In this document: in pieces, positions 36,500 to 50,500 of the stretch | How the letters are laid out: each line of letters starts with the position of its first letter | Numbering within the stretch: position 1 is the stretch's first letter | Assembly: GCA_050613775.1 (NCBI GenBank) | Contig: JBODTK010000102.1 | Coordinates: 248,001 to 312,000, forward strand | Source: Neocallimastix sp. 'constans' | Taxonomy: Eukaryota | Length of the DNA stretch: 64,000 bases | Reading direction: 5' to 3' | The notes under the pieces: generated by a model | What the model saw: the letters and a program-made list of their open reading frames with translations, nothing else | The model's database searches: none | Told to the model about the DNA's origin: nothing | Made by a program: the position numbers and the translations under genes

Positions 36500-39400
36500 T
36501 TTTAAACACTAAAATTATAGAAGTACACTTATAAAGTATGTAACATTAATATAGCATTTTTATTTATTATATAAAAAACAAGATTAATTAGATTTTTATG
36601 AACTATTTGTAATTTTCTTATCTTATTTTGTTTGTATGTAAAATATGATTGGTAGATACTATGTTCGACACATTAATATTGTCGTTTAACACTCCCCCTC
36701 AAATCTAACTATCCGTAAAGATATGTGAGATTTGTCTCAGTGGTCTTTCACTTCCGTGAGTAGTGAATTTCTAAATTTGTCCATTAGGGAGTTACAAAGA
36801 TACTTTGTAAATCCATCGGCTAGATTTTCTTTAGAATTAATATATTTTAAATTTATTTTATTTTCCTTAATAAGTTCCTTACGTGATGATATTTGATGTC
36901 GATATGCTTTGATCTTGAGTTTATTGATTGATTCTGACAGTTGTATATTGCGGCCCTATTATCAATGTTAATGGTAACGGAATTTATATTTACATTCAAT
37001 TCGTTTAATATGTTCATGTATCATAGGCTATGCTTTGCACACTCACTAACACCATAATATTCCGATTCAGAAGTAGATGTCGCTACACACTTCTGTAGCT
37101 TAGAATACCAGCTAGTTGGCGCATTTCCAATCATCATCAAGAATCCAGAGGTTGACTTTCTCGATTCGGTGTCGCCCGCGAAATCTGCATCCACGTATAC
37201 CTTCAACGACCTTTCCTTTGTGAATTTTATCCCGTAGTTTATAGTATAACTCAGATACTTGAATATTCGTTCAACATTGGCCCAATCCTCTAAAGTTGGA
37301 TTCTTATTCTTTCTAGCAGCCCTGCTTACGGCGAACATTATATCAAGCCTAGTACAGACAGCTAGATAGATTAATTTTCCAATTGCACTCCTATATAATG
37401 TTTCGTCCCACTTTCTTTTTCTTAAATTAAGATTCTCAATGGGTTTCAAGTTTTTAACGGGTAAGCAATCTTTTAGTTTAAACTTAACTAATAATTCTTT
37501 TATGTAACCTAGTTGTTGCATGAAATATCCATCGTAATATTTTTTAAATTTTATTCCAATGACGAAATCAATATCACCTATATCTTTAATATTAATATAT
37601 ATTTTAATTTGTTCTTTTACATATAAAATTTCTTTTTGTTTACCTATCAGTAATATATCATCTACGTAGACCGCTACAATACATAGAACCTCTTTTGATT
37701 CGTTTTCCATGATGTATAGGCACGGTTCACTAATTAATCTTCGGAATCCAATCTTTGTGAGTGTGTTGTTCAGTGTCTCGTTCCATTCTCGGCCTGCCTT
37801 CTTTAATCCATACAAGTCTTTGTTGAGTTTTAAGAATCCTTTGTTGTGCATCGGGTGTCCCTTTGGTGTTTGATATAGATGTTTTCATTTAGGTCGGCAT
37901 TTAAGTATGCGGCGTTAACGTCAATTTGCATTATTCGGTAGTTTCTTTGTACTGCGAGAGCAACGATAATTCGTAGTGAGTTTAGTTTTAATGTGGGGGA
38001 GAAGGTGAAGGTATAGTCTATTCCATACCTTTGAGTGAAGCCTCTAGCTACTAGACGGGCCTTTCTTTTTATGATATTCCCATCGGCGTCCCTTTTATAT
38101 TTTAGTACCCACTTGCAGGATATGATATTAGCACCAGTAGGTAAGGATTTGGTGGTATTGAAAACCTTAAGTTTCTCCATATTCTTAAGTTCCTCGTTTA
38201 TGGCTTTTAACCAGTCGTCTTTGTCAGGTAGGCTAAAGATGTCATCAAAGTCATTTGGTTCTTTGAGTTTTTGATTATCATTACGTTTTCTGGTGTTTAT
38301 TTGGTTTAATTCAGTGGTTGTGTCGTTTGTTTTGTTTTCATTGTGTGAGGAAATATTGTTATAATTTATCTTATTGCTGTTGTCGATTTGTCCATGCGAG
38401 TTTTGTGGATTGTAAGAAAAGTTATTAAAATTATTAAATTTGTTTAACATATAGGTGTTGCTCCCCCTGATTTCGGAAATTGGCATAAAGTTTGGGAAAT
38501 TTCTAGGAACTGTGCGAGATATTTTGGAGTTTCCAGGAGTATCTTCGAAGAATTCGACTGAACGAGAGAGAACGATCTTATTATTAGCTATGTTCAGAAT
38601 TTTATAGGAATTAGTTAATGGGTGATAACCCAAGAAGATACCTGGAAGGGAATTATTGTCGAATTTGTTTCGTTGTGATTTAGGAACAAAGAAAAAGACC
38701 TTACAACCGAAGACTTTAAAATGCGAATAATCCATTTTGGTTTTGAATAATAGTTCAAAAGGGATTTTGTTGTTGATGCCAGAATGGGGAATACGATTGT
38801 GTATGTAATTAGCAGTGTCTACCGCGTATTCCCAGAATTCTTTATTAAGTTGTGAATCATTAAGTAGAGATTTAGCTGAACTTATGAGGGTGCCATTAAA
38901 TCGTTCAGCTCTCCCATTTTGTTGAGGATTATGAGGGATAGTGAACTGTTGAACAATACCCCTCTAAGAGCAGAAATACTTGAATTTATTGTTCGTAAAT
39001 TCCGTACCATTGTCGGTACGAATGTAAGTGATGGTCTTATTATGTATATTTTCAATAGATTTGACCCATAAAGTGGACTTTTCGAAAATGTCACTCTTGT
39101 TTTGGATGAAGAGGACCCAACCAAAACGAGAATAGTCATCAAGGATGAATAGGAAATATTTATTGGAATGAATAGATTCTACTACTGGACCCACTAGGTC
39201 CATGTGAATTAGTTCAAAGGGAGCTTTGGCTCTGTTGTTTGATTTCCGATGAGGTAAGTTTCTTTGTTTTGATTGAGAGCATATTGGACATTTAGATTTG
39301 ATATTAATTTTTAATAATTTATTTTTAATAGGGTTAATGTTGAAGTGCCCAAGGCGTCTGCGCCATAAATTAATTTTATCTAATTTGTTTAGAGTAGAGA

Positions 39401-41116
39401 GGTGCATCAATAAGGTTTTGTCGTGTTTTGGTTTGTTGTTTGAAATTAGCTTGTTCGATAGGCATAAAGTAAAAATATTTTGGCTGTTTGAACTAACGTT
39501 AATGATTCTTTTGCCGGAATCATTGTAAATGGTTAAATAAGGTTTGTTGTTGTAATTGAAAAATATAATTTTATAGTGTTGTTGGATAAGTTTGGTAACT
39601 GATATTATATTTTTGTTTATGCTATCGACGTAGAACACTTTCTTTAATATAAATTTTGAATTGTCGATATATCTGGTAAAATTACCGTAAGCGGAGGCAA
39701 CAACTGTCTTACCGTTTGGGAGAATAACTTCTTCATTACATTTTTTAATATCTGTAAGTAAGTCAATACATCCTGTGATATGTATGGATGCTCCTGAGTC
39801 TATTATCCATTGTGATATGTGGCTTTGTGGATAGTGGTTATTGCTGACAGTGTTTGTAATACAATTTAATATCATCCCATTTTCGGTATTATAGTCTTCG
39901 AAAATATCTTGAGGTTTTTCAATGGCGTTCACTTGATTCTTACGTTGGTTCCTAATATACTTGGAGGTACTTGGAATGTTGTTACAATAATTCTTTCTGA
40001 GGTTCTTTTTGAATGGTTTCCTTTTGAATCTGTATTTGGCCTTGTTTCTGCATTCATAAGAGTAATGTCCAAAAGTACCGCAGTTGAAGCATTTACCATT
40101 TTTTCTTTTTCTTGTTGTGATAACCTTAGAAATTTTGTTCCTATTCTTGGCTTGGGATTCAACAAGGAACAATTTGTTCTCTTCCATCTTGGATATCTCT
40201 CTAGTGTTGGAGAATATGATGTCTGGAATGACATCCTTAACGTAATTGCAGAGTTGCTTCCAATCATTTTTATATTGGAAAACATTTATAAACCTTAGGT
40301 TTTCAGGGAGTGACCTATTCAAAATACCAGCCTTTACAGGGTCACTTAACTCATAGTCAATATTTTCTAGCTTATCTATTGCGTTTTGGAGTTTAGCAAT
40401 GAAAATGTTAATGTCGTCTTCTTCGTTGTATTTCAAATTATTTATTTTGCTTTTAATTTCAAGTTTCCTTTTCTCTGGACTCATTGTGAAGGACTTTTCT
40501 AATGTAATCCATATTTGATGAGCTGTCTTTCCATTACCTTCAATTATTTTCTTTGTATTCTCTCCTAGGCTGTTGGTAATGATCCATTTTACCATCACAT
40601 CGTTTTTTATGTCTTTTAAAGATGTGTTCTTATCGTATACTAGGCTGGGGTCAAACTTGTCTTCAAGGTAGTTGTCAAGGTCATCCCTGAGATTTCTTTT
40701 TCTAAGTTTCTTTATTTTTTCTTCTATTACGTATCCTTCTAGGTTGTTAATCATCAGTAGATATAGAATGTTCGCTCTCCAGCTGGGGTAATTTTCTGTA
40801 GATAGTTCAATAACATGATTGAAATTTTCCGAGTAATTGAACGTGAAACCTTTTGTTAAGGTTTCATCTGTGTCATTAATAGTTATAGGTACGTTGTTTC
40901 TGTTTCTACTCATATTGTTATCTCCCTTTTGAATTTTTGAATAAATGTTTTCTTGATAAAAAATTTTTTTTTTTGTTCGTTTACTAAGTCTTTGAGAACT
41001 TTATATTAGCATATGATGTGATTGAATATTGAATGTTTGTTTGTTTTATTTTATTATATTATTTAATTTAATTGGTTGAAATACTGTTATTTGATTTGTT
41101 GAATGATTAATACATA

Positions 41117-41150
<34 letters not shown>

Positions 41151-41516
41151 TTTGCTTTAAATTTAATTGGTTAAGTAATAATTATGATAATTTTAATGTA
41201 TTTAAATAATTCGTTTAAATTTTGATATTAAGGCTCTTCATTGTTTTATATATCTATATAGGAATAATTAAATTCACCTTTAATTTATTATTAATTTAAT
41301 ATATATTTTTATTTTAAATTCTATTCGATAAATTATTTGTTTATTCATTTGTTCTTAACGCGAATTATATTTCCTTTTAAATCTTATTATTTAATTGAAA
41401 TTTTAATAAGATTTTGTTTTTGTCACTGACTATTTTCAGTGTGACGTTTATTATTTGCTGCTGACTATTTCAGCATAGCATTATTTATATCTTATCTATG
41501 TAAGTTTTTTTTTTTT

Positions 41517-41547
<31 letters not shown>

Positions 41548-41624
41548 GTATATAAATTAAAAAAATGAATTGTTTTTCATCTTTTAAATATATATGTATA
41601 ATGTTGAATTTGATTAAAAAAATT

Positions 41625-41667
<43 letters not shown>

Positions 41668-41971
41668 TGATATTTTAAGATATTAATTAGTAAGAATATA
41701 TTTTATTATTTATTTTTTATACTATTTATATTTTAATACTTAGCTTTATATGAGTTGAGGTGAGATGAGACTCTTAATCTTTTAAACACTAAAATTATAG
41801 AAGTACACTTATAAAGTATGTAAAATTAATATAGCATTTTTATTTATTATATAAAAAACAAGATTAACTACATTTTTATGAATTATTTGTAATTTTCTTA
41901 TCGTATTTTGTTTGTATGTAAAATATGATTGGTAGATACTATGTTCGACACATTAATATTGTCGTTTAACA
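36500..41971 (-). mobile_element. Full-length Ty1/copia retrotransposon (gag-PR-IN-RT-RH in one original frame, now with stops and a frameshift)
   Basis: 192-bp LTRs at 36500-36691 and 41780-41971 (5 mismatches by eye); TSD GTATA at 36495-36499 and 41972-41976; PPT complement CTCCCCCTC at 36692; CFNCGTFGHYSYEC, WIIDSGAS, IHMDLVGP, IRTDNGTEF, YVDD, DADFAGD in ORFs 38964..40913, 37830..38735, 37021..37851. Confidence 0.97.
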
Positions 41972-42741
41972 GTATAAAACTTATTTCGAAAATAGTCTCT
42001 GAAAGAATTTCGGAATATGGACTTAAAAATAATTTTATTAGACCAGAGCAATTTGGATTTCGTACTATAGAAGAATGTATTAGTTTATTTATTTCAGTTC
42101 GAGAAATTTGTCAAAGGAGTAAAAATGATAATAAAGAAACTTACCTTGCTTTTCTAGATTTAAAAAAGGCATATGATTCTATTCGAATAGGTAATATTTA
42201 TTATAAATTAGATGCTTTAGGTATTAGAGGTAAATGTTATTAATTTATAAAAAATCTATACTTGACTTCCAAAGCCAATGTAAAAATTGATGATCAATAT
42301 TTGTAATCTTTTAATATTATGAAAGGAGTTAGACAAGGTTGTCCACAATCACCAATTTTTTTCAATCTATTTATTAATGACATTTTTAATGATTTTTCAG
42401 AACTTGGAATTCCTTTAGGTGAATCTAGATGTTGTGGTGGACTCTTTGCAGATGATATTGTTCTGTGCGCACCGTCAAGAACTAAGTTAAAAAAAATGCA
42501 TAAGAAGGTAAATGAATGGGCTAAATTTAATATAATGAATTTTGGTATTAACAAGTGTGCATATATATTGATTCGACCATACACACATTTTTTTCAAAAT
42601 AAAAAAATCCTACTTTTTATCTTGCTGGTCAACCAATCCCAATAACTAAATGTTTTACCTATTTAGGTATACCATTTGATAAAAGTTTATCGTTGAATCC
42701 TATTATTAGATTACTTAACTCTAAAGTTACTAAAGCTCTCT

Positions 42742-42931
42742 TGTTAAAATATATTTACTATATTTCATTTTATATTAACCAATCAATTAGCTTAATAAAT
42801 AATATTTTCTAAATGAATATGTTTTTCTTTAGTTCTATTTTTATAAAAAATATATTAATAAATAATATAATATTTACAATATGAATAAATTAAACTATTA
42901 TTTAATTATATAAACATTAATGTGTCTAAAA
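42742..42931 (+). repeat. Solo LTR of the 26824-30062 copia family inserted in the LINE
   Basis: Reverse complement of the 29859-30062 LTR; TSD TCTCT at 42737-42741 and 42932-42936; empty site GCTCTCTTTTCTG in the LINE copy at ~52620. Confidence 0.93.
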
Positions 42932-45588
42932 TCTCTTTTCTGTTAGTAAATTTCTTTCAAATTCCAAAATTCTTATTCCATTTAAGAAGATTATAATTAA
43001 CTCCTATATACTTAGTAAAGTCTCTTTCTTTGCACCTTTACTTGGTTCAAATAAAGCGAAAACAAATAATACTCAGAAATTAATTAATAAATAATTAAGA
43101 TGGATTTCAGATATACAAAAAGCCAAATCATTTATTAATGCATATTCTATTTAAAAATATTTAAATATTCCTCAATTGTCAGCTAAGTATGCTTTGTCTC
43201 AAGTCAAATTTTTTGATAAATGGAAAGATTCAAAATGTATTATTTCTTATTTAGTTAATAATATTCCAAAATCTAGAAAATATATATGGACGAAAGAAAG
43301 TAGAAATCATAAACGTTAACCAAAGAAAAGAGGTAATAACGATAATAAAATCAATATATAAATATTGATTTTATTAATAATAATAACAAAATATTATCAT
43401 TTAGTTTTTTGCATTTAGAATGAATAAATTCCTTCATTTTAAAATTAGTCCATAAGTGTATACCACGGACAAAAATCAAACCTGTGTTGTCAATAGATGT
43501 TCCATAGTAGCGAGAACCCCGATGAAATATCTTTTCCATAATGAACTAAAAAACTACAATTTAAAAAAATGAAACATTGAAAACTAAAATACTAAAAACT
43601 AAGTAATATAGATAAAAAATATATATGTATATATTTATATTTATATAAATAATTAAATAAGAAAAAATAAATAAATAAAAAAAATAAAATAATAATAAAA
43701 ATACGAAGATCCTATCTTCGTGGAGTAATTGATTAAGTTTAAATAAAATGAACAACTTAAGAATTTTGTAATAATGAATAATATCTTTTTTCCTGTTATT
43801 TTAGTAATTAATAAACTCTTTTTTTTTTTCTGTTACGTATTTTCTGTTAACTTTTGAATTTCTTAAATTCTAATCTATTTGTATAGCTTTGATTGATAAA
43901 ATAATTTTCTATAATGTAATCATAAATAAACTGAAATGAAAATGTAAATAATGTTAGTAGTGAAAGACTATAAAAAGGTGACTATCAGTTAAATAATGTC
44001 TTAAACACAAGCTTTGGAGTGAATCAATCTCCTACATTTCCATTTTACAATAGCTACATGAAAGTATAAATAATAATATAGAAAAATACATATAGAAAAT
44101 AATGCTAAAGTAAAAAATACAATAGATTCATCATAATGATAATATGTAGAAGCTACATGTTATTATTAATTATACAACTCCAATGTTACTACATATCCAG
44201 TTTAAATCAATATAAAACATCAAGTTCACTTTCTACAGTCTTCCAGTCTTGCAGTTTTTCTCTCTTCGTGCTAGAAGCCACTTTATAAAGGATAACCATC
44301 GGTTATCATCAGAATCACAGAAAGCTGTAATGAGTACACATGATATAGGTTATTCCTTTTCCATCAACCCTCTATGGACCTGGAAAAACAGTCTACACCA
44401 TTGGGGTATTTTTGATAATGATTATTATTATATATATAAAGTGAAGAAAAAATTTATATACTTTTTTGATTATTTAAAATAAAAATAAATAAAAAAAAAC
44501 ATATGTATAAAAAATTCAATTAATAGTTTTAAGAAAAGTTGAAATTTAAAAATAACAATTATATAATTTAAATTGAAAGTAAAATTCAATATGTTAACTA
44601 TACAATATTAAATAAGTTCTATCGTAATTTTTAGTACATATAAAAGATTTCTGGATGGATCCCTATATATGACCATTTTCAAGGTTTTCCTTATAAGAAA
44701 TTTGCACTGAAAATAGTTGTTAATCCTACAGATAAGTATTTCCCTTTGTAAAAATTATTATTAGAATAGATACTGAAGTAATTGAGAGTATTGCCTTAGT
44801 TCAGTATATTTGTGAGGGAATTACTAGAATTTAAGTACATGATTTCATGTTTCCATCTATATATATTCTACAGTTGATGTAAATATATTCTATTAAATTG
44901 CAATATTTCTGACATTATGCATTTGCAATGAGAGATAATAGGATTTTCCATGGGTTAAGATATGATGGAAGTTATGAACTGAATAGGCTTTCTTTGAAAA
45001 ACTATAAAAAAATTCTCAGTAATTACATACATGTCAGAGCCCAAATTTTGAACACTCAGTAAGGTCGTCCAATAAGGAGAATTCTGCCTATATGGAAGTA
45101 TTTGACTACCCCAATATTCCTACTACCTATTGGGGACTTAAAGTAAGAGCGGTACTAGCCAGAGATAAAAAAAAAAAAAAAAGAAAAAAGCTTCATCATA
45201 TAAATTGAGAACAAAAAACTTTAATTATTTATTTAACTTTATAATTTAATTTAAAATATTAAATAGCAAAAACAAAAATTGAAAATAATATAAAAAATAT
45301 TCAAACATTTGAAAATATTATAAATATATAAAAAATCTAAATTAATTAAATATTAAAAAATAAAATACCAACAAATACAATAGTAAATGTAAAATTGGAA
45401 ATAAAATTAATTTTAATATTAGTACTATTATAATTAACAAAAATTTCTAAAGTGCAATAAAAAATGCACAAACAATCAAAATAATAACAATCAACACAAA
45501 AAACTTAAGAAATTTTGATAATGAAAAATACAAAAAAAATAAAAGTAACATAGGTTTAAATAAAATACAAAAAATAATTAATAAATCT

Positions 45589-45637
<49 letters not shown>

Positions 45638-45769
45638 CAGAGAAGAGAATACACTTCCATAACTTTAGTAATTTTATATTAAAAAATACATGAAATACAT
45701 GTAGGTGAAAAGTACAATTGAAATTAAAAATAAAAAAATTTTAAAAATAAAAAAGTTGAAAATACTATG

Positions 45770-45990
45770 TATTTCGGCAAGTTGTACTATACGGGAATTT
45801 TTTCCTTCCTACCAAATAAAAAAGAAATAAAACCTAGAAGTAACATCTTTAAAATAGATAGTGCGGTGTCCACTAAACTCTCCCCGGATTCTTCATTTAT
45901 TGAACTGCTAGGGCGAGATTCACCCTTCGAAGAAATAGTTGATGATACTGTATTATCTTTATGACTTATCAGTACGACGTCGACACTCTT
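45770..45990 (-). mobile_element. LINE 3'-end remnant related to 54180-55210
   Basis: Minus strand GAGAGTTTAGTGGACACCGCACTATCTATTTTAAAGATGTTACTT resembles AAGAGTTTAGTAGACACCATATTATCTATTTTAAGGACGTTACTT at ~55157. Confidence 0.55.
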
Positions 45991-46142
45991 GGATAACTTT
46001 GGTATTTTACAATACCTATCAAATAATAGCTCAAACCAACTACTTATTATAGGTATTGCTCAAAAATTGTATTTTTGAAAAAGAAAAAATTCAATTTTTA
46101 ATATGTAATTTATACTATACATATATATATATTATTTAAAAA

Positions 46143-46181
<39 letters not shown>

Positions 46182-46894
46182 AAAAAAAAAAAGACTGTCT
46201 TAATTAATTATAATTTAACAAAATTTCAATGACTCAGTTAAAAAAATTAATTACTAATAGGTATAATTTTGTCAATATATTTGAAATAAATATATTAATA
46301 TAAAATTAATTATATATTTAAAAAAATATAATAATAATTATATTAGTTTAAATTTTTACTTTATCTAATTAACAATTTTTTTTATTTTTTTTCTATTTTA
46401 TTGTATTTCTTTTTATATTATGATTATTTTATTTTAAAAATACTATAAATACTATTATTATCTTCTTTAAATATAACAATATTTATTAAGCATGATGAAA
46501 TTATCTTTATTTTCTATAATTCAGTGTTATATGTTTTGATCAATACGACACAATTTTGGAGGTTCCATAGAAATTCTATGATTCCATAATAGGAACAGTA
46601 TTTGTGTAACCTTAAATTTATTTAAATGTTTATTAATTTATTTATTTATTTATATTTAATTATTTATTTATTTAAATTTATTTATTTATTTAAATTTATT
46701 TATTTATTTAAATTTATTTATTTATTTAAATTTTGAATAAATATTTTAATTGTTAAAAAAAATTATAAATTTTATAATAGACATATATATAGAAATAATA
46801 ATAAGATATATATAAAAATTTATATAAAAATAAGAAAAAAATTAAAAATAAATTAGAATTATACAAAATATAAAAATTTTTCCTTGCTTAAAAT

Positions 46895-47100
46895 ATGAAA
46901 TTCAATAACTAGAGTATTATTATATCTTTATTATTTTTCAATTTAAAAATGTATTCTGTACCTTTTAACAAAAGTAAAGTATCCTTAAATTTAAAAAGGA
47001 GAAATTTATCATTTGATATATCAGAAAATGTTAATGATATTGTTGGTATTATGTAAGAAAAAATTTATTATACTTTGCCAGATGACATTATTGATGTTAT
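46895..47100 (+). pseudogene. Partial duplicate of M13 peptidase exon 1
   Basis: TTATTTTTCAATTTAAAAATGTATTCTGTACCTTTTAACAAAAG...AAATTTATCATTTGATATATCAGAAAAT closely matches 47594-47790, with stops. Confidence 0.8.
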
Positions 47101-47593
47101 TATAAATATAAATTTATCCATATAAATATAATGTTATATTTATATATTAAATTGTATAAAAATATTATTTTTTTTTAATTGAAATTTATTTGTGAAATCT
47201 ATTTAATAACAGATAATTAGTAAAATAAATATCTGTAATTGCCGTTTTCGTGTAACCTTGAATTTTTTTAAATATTTATTTATTTATTTATTCCTTTATT
47301 CATTAATTTATTTATTTATTTTAACAAGAAATATATAAATAAAATGAATGCCTGTAATTTCAAATGTGAAAAAGAAATAAAATATTTAATATTTATTTAA
47401 ATATAAATTTTATAATAAATTATAAAAAAAAAAATAAAAAAAATATTTACAAAAATTTAAAAAAGAGATATATATTTATATATAAAAAAAAGTTCAAATT
47501 AAAAAAATATATATATATATATATAAATTAAATTGGAATTTAAATATACATTCAATAATATAATAATATAAAATTATCTCTTCATACTAAAAA

Positions 47594-50500
47594 ATGAATT
47601 TAAAAAAAATTAGTATTATTATTTCTTTATTATTATTCAATTTAAAAGTTCATTCTGTACCTTTTAACAAAAATAAAGTGTCCTCAAAAAGAAGAAATTT
47701 ATCATTTAATATATCAGAAAATATTAATGATATTGTTGATATTTTAGAAGAAAAAATTTATGATACTTTACCAGATGTTGATGTTGCTATGAATGTTACA
47801 AATAATATTGCTGATGAAGAAACAGATAATTATTCTGATGTAGTAGAACAAATTGATACAAATGAAGTAATATATATTATAGATTATTAATATATTTAAT
47901 TTACAATAATTTTTTTTTATAATAATAAATATAAATTTTTATTTAAAAAAATATATACATTCTAGTGTACTAGTCAAGAATGTATTGAGATATCAAAAAG
48001 AATCTTAAATAGTTTGGATACATCTATTAATCCTTGTGATGACTTTTATGAATTTAGTTGTGGTGGTTGGATTGAAATGGTATAATAACGTATATTTAAA
48101 AAATAATAAAAATATTAAATATTATTTCATAATAAAAATTAATAATATATTAATATATATTAATATTTCAATTAAAATAGAATAAAAATAAACAATCATA
48201 TTATGATCCTTTCGCTCAATTACGAGAGAAAACAACTGTAAAAATAAATAAATTTAGAAATTATAATTATAAGTGTGATGAGCTAATCATAAATTTATCT
48301 TATATAATATATATGAAATTATACTTAAATAGATTGATTTGAAAGAAATACTTGAAGATAGTTACCATTCTAATGATAAATTAAGTCAAAAGGAGAAGGA
48401 ATATGATGAAGAATTATTTAATGCAACAAAAAATTTCTATTCAGCATGTATAAATAGTTATAACACCATCAATACAAATAATGAAATTTTAATAAACTAT
48501 ATTAATAAATTTAATATTACAAAAGCATTAAATAATGCAGAAGAATTAGAAATTTTATTTGCAGAATTTAATGAAATCGGAATTAACACACTATTTAGAA
48601 TAGAAGAAGGCTATATTAAAGGTCTTCCTTATGAAAGTATTCCATTACTCGAATTTGATTTTTCTATAAAGGATAAATTTTTAAAAGAGGCATTTCTTGA
48701 AATTAAATTTTCAAAAGATAAACTTTCTTTGAAAAGATATTTTAGAGATGAAAATGAATATGATGAATATATTAAAGAACAAAATAAAAAAATTAATAAT
48801 TATAAAGAATATGTAAAAAAAGTTTTATCAATAATTTATGGTTCAAATGAAAATAAAATTGATTCAATTTTAAAATCCATTATTGGTGTTCAATTTAAGA
48901 TAGACCAAATTTCAATTGAGTAAGCAATAATAATAATAATAAAAATAATAATGATAATAATAAATAATAAATAATTATTGTTTTAAATAAGTGCTTTATC
49001 TTTTCTCCACCGGGCCCAATTGAATTTATAGGAGCAATGGATTATGATTATAATACAGAAATCGAAACAACAAGCAATTATTATGATAGTTATGATGATT
49101 ATTATTCAGATGATGAATACGAATACACACAAGAAATAATAAATGAGCTTAATAATGATAGTGAATATGAATATAACGAAAATGAGGAATTCAGTTCTGA
49201 TAAATTAATAATAAGTATCAAAGATTTTAATGAAAAGTATCCTCTAATTAATTGGAAATTATATTTTGAAAAAGTATTCGAGAAGTATGGAATAGCTATT
49301 ACTGACGAATCATTAATTAGTGAAGAATCTAATTTTAAATATGTATATGAGTTTCTTAAAGAAACCGATAATAAAGACATAACTAATTTTTTGGAATGGT
49401 AATAATATTAAAAAAAATATTATTATAAATTTTCATTATTTAATATAAATAAAGTTGAAAATGTTTATATATGTATATATATATATTTATTTATTAATGA
49501 AAATAAATTTTTAATTCATAAAATTTTAATTCAATTTATTAATTGATATATTATAGGAATATCATTAAATATTTCTTAGATATAGGTACACGAATCAATG
49601 TATTTAAAAATATAATATCCGATGAACTTTACCAAGCTAAAATAGAATACGAAAAAGCTTATTATAGTAAATATGATCAAAATTTTATTTATAAATAAAT
49701 AATAATGATAATTTATATTTAACTATATATATTATCATTATTATTTATTTATAATTCCGATATAGCTTTATTTATATTTTCTATTTATTTTAATAAAAAT
49801 TATTTTTTTAATTATAAAAATGAAAATAAAAAAAAAAAAGATGAAGAAGATATTGATGATGAAGAAGAAATACCAATATTTGAAGGCGATGATCCAAATT
49901 CAAAATGTATTAATTTAGTTGATGAGTATATGCCATTTGCTCTAAGTAAATATTATGCTGAAATGAAATTCCCTAAAAATATTAAACCAGAAGCAATGGA
50001 TATGATAGAAAATATTAGAAATTCAATGATTGATAGAATAAAAAAATTAGAATGGCTTGATGAATCTACAAGAGAACATGCCATTGAAAAAGTTTTAAAG
50101 ATTAAATATTCAATAGGATATTCAGATTATGTTATGAATGTTGAAAATATTTACAATAATTATAAATTATTATTCCTCACTAAAAATGACATTTTATCTT
50201 TATTAATTAGAATAACAAATTCCAAAAATAAGAAAATATATGACTTATTTTATAATGAAAATTATATTGAATCACAAATTAGTAACTACTTTTTTGATCT
50301 ATTTAGTAAAACTTATGTTCGTATTTATTTTATAAATTATTTATTTATTAGTTTAAAAATAAAATTATAATTTTAGAAATTTCTATATATATTCATTAAA
50401 CTAACAAACATTTTATAAATATTTATTATTAATATTATTTATTATATACATTATAGATCGTTAATGCCTTCTATGATTCAATGGAAATTTCTATGATTTT

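Larger units (their letters stand above)
36275..43350 (+). mobile_element. Degenerate non-LTR retrotransposon (LINE) RT region, interrupted by a full copia element and a solo LTR
   Basis: CGNYRGISLINNGI (to 36499) resumes as KLISKIVSERI (from 41977); QFGFR, FLDLKKAYDS, KGVRQGCPQSP, LFADD, YLG motifs. Confidence 0.9.

Noticed and set aside
38964..38966. TAG within the copia polyprotein as programmed readthrough
   Set aside because: It lies inside integrase, and the paralogous copy near 61363 has a sense codon there, so it is a mutation
38035..40298. Antisense and alternate-frame ORFs over the copia polyprotein
   Set aside because: Shadow ORFs of gag-pol with no independent motifs
43351..45170. 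Patches of higher GC with short ORFs
   Set aside because: No protein or RNA family could be assigned by eye
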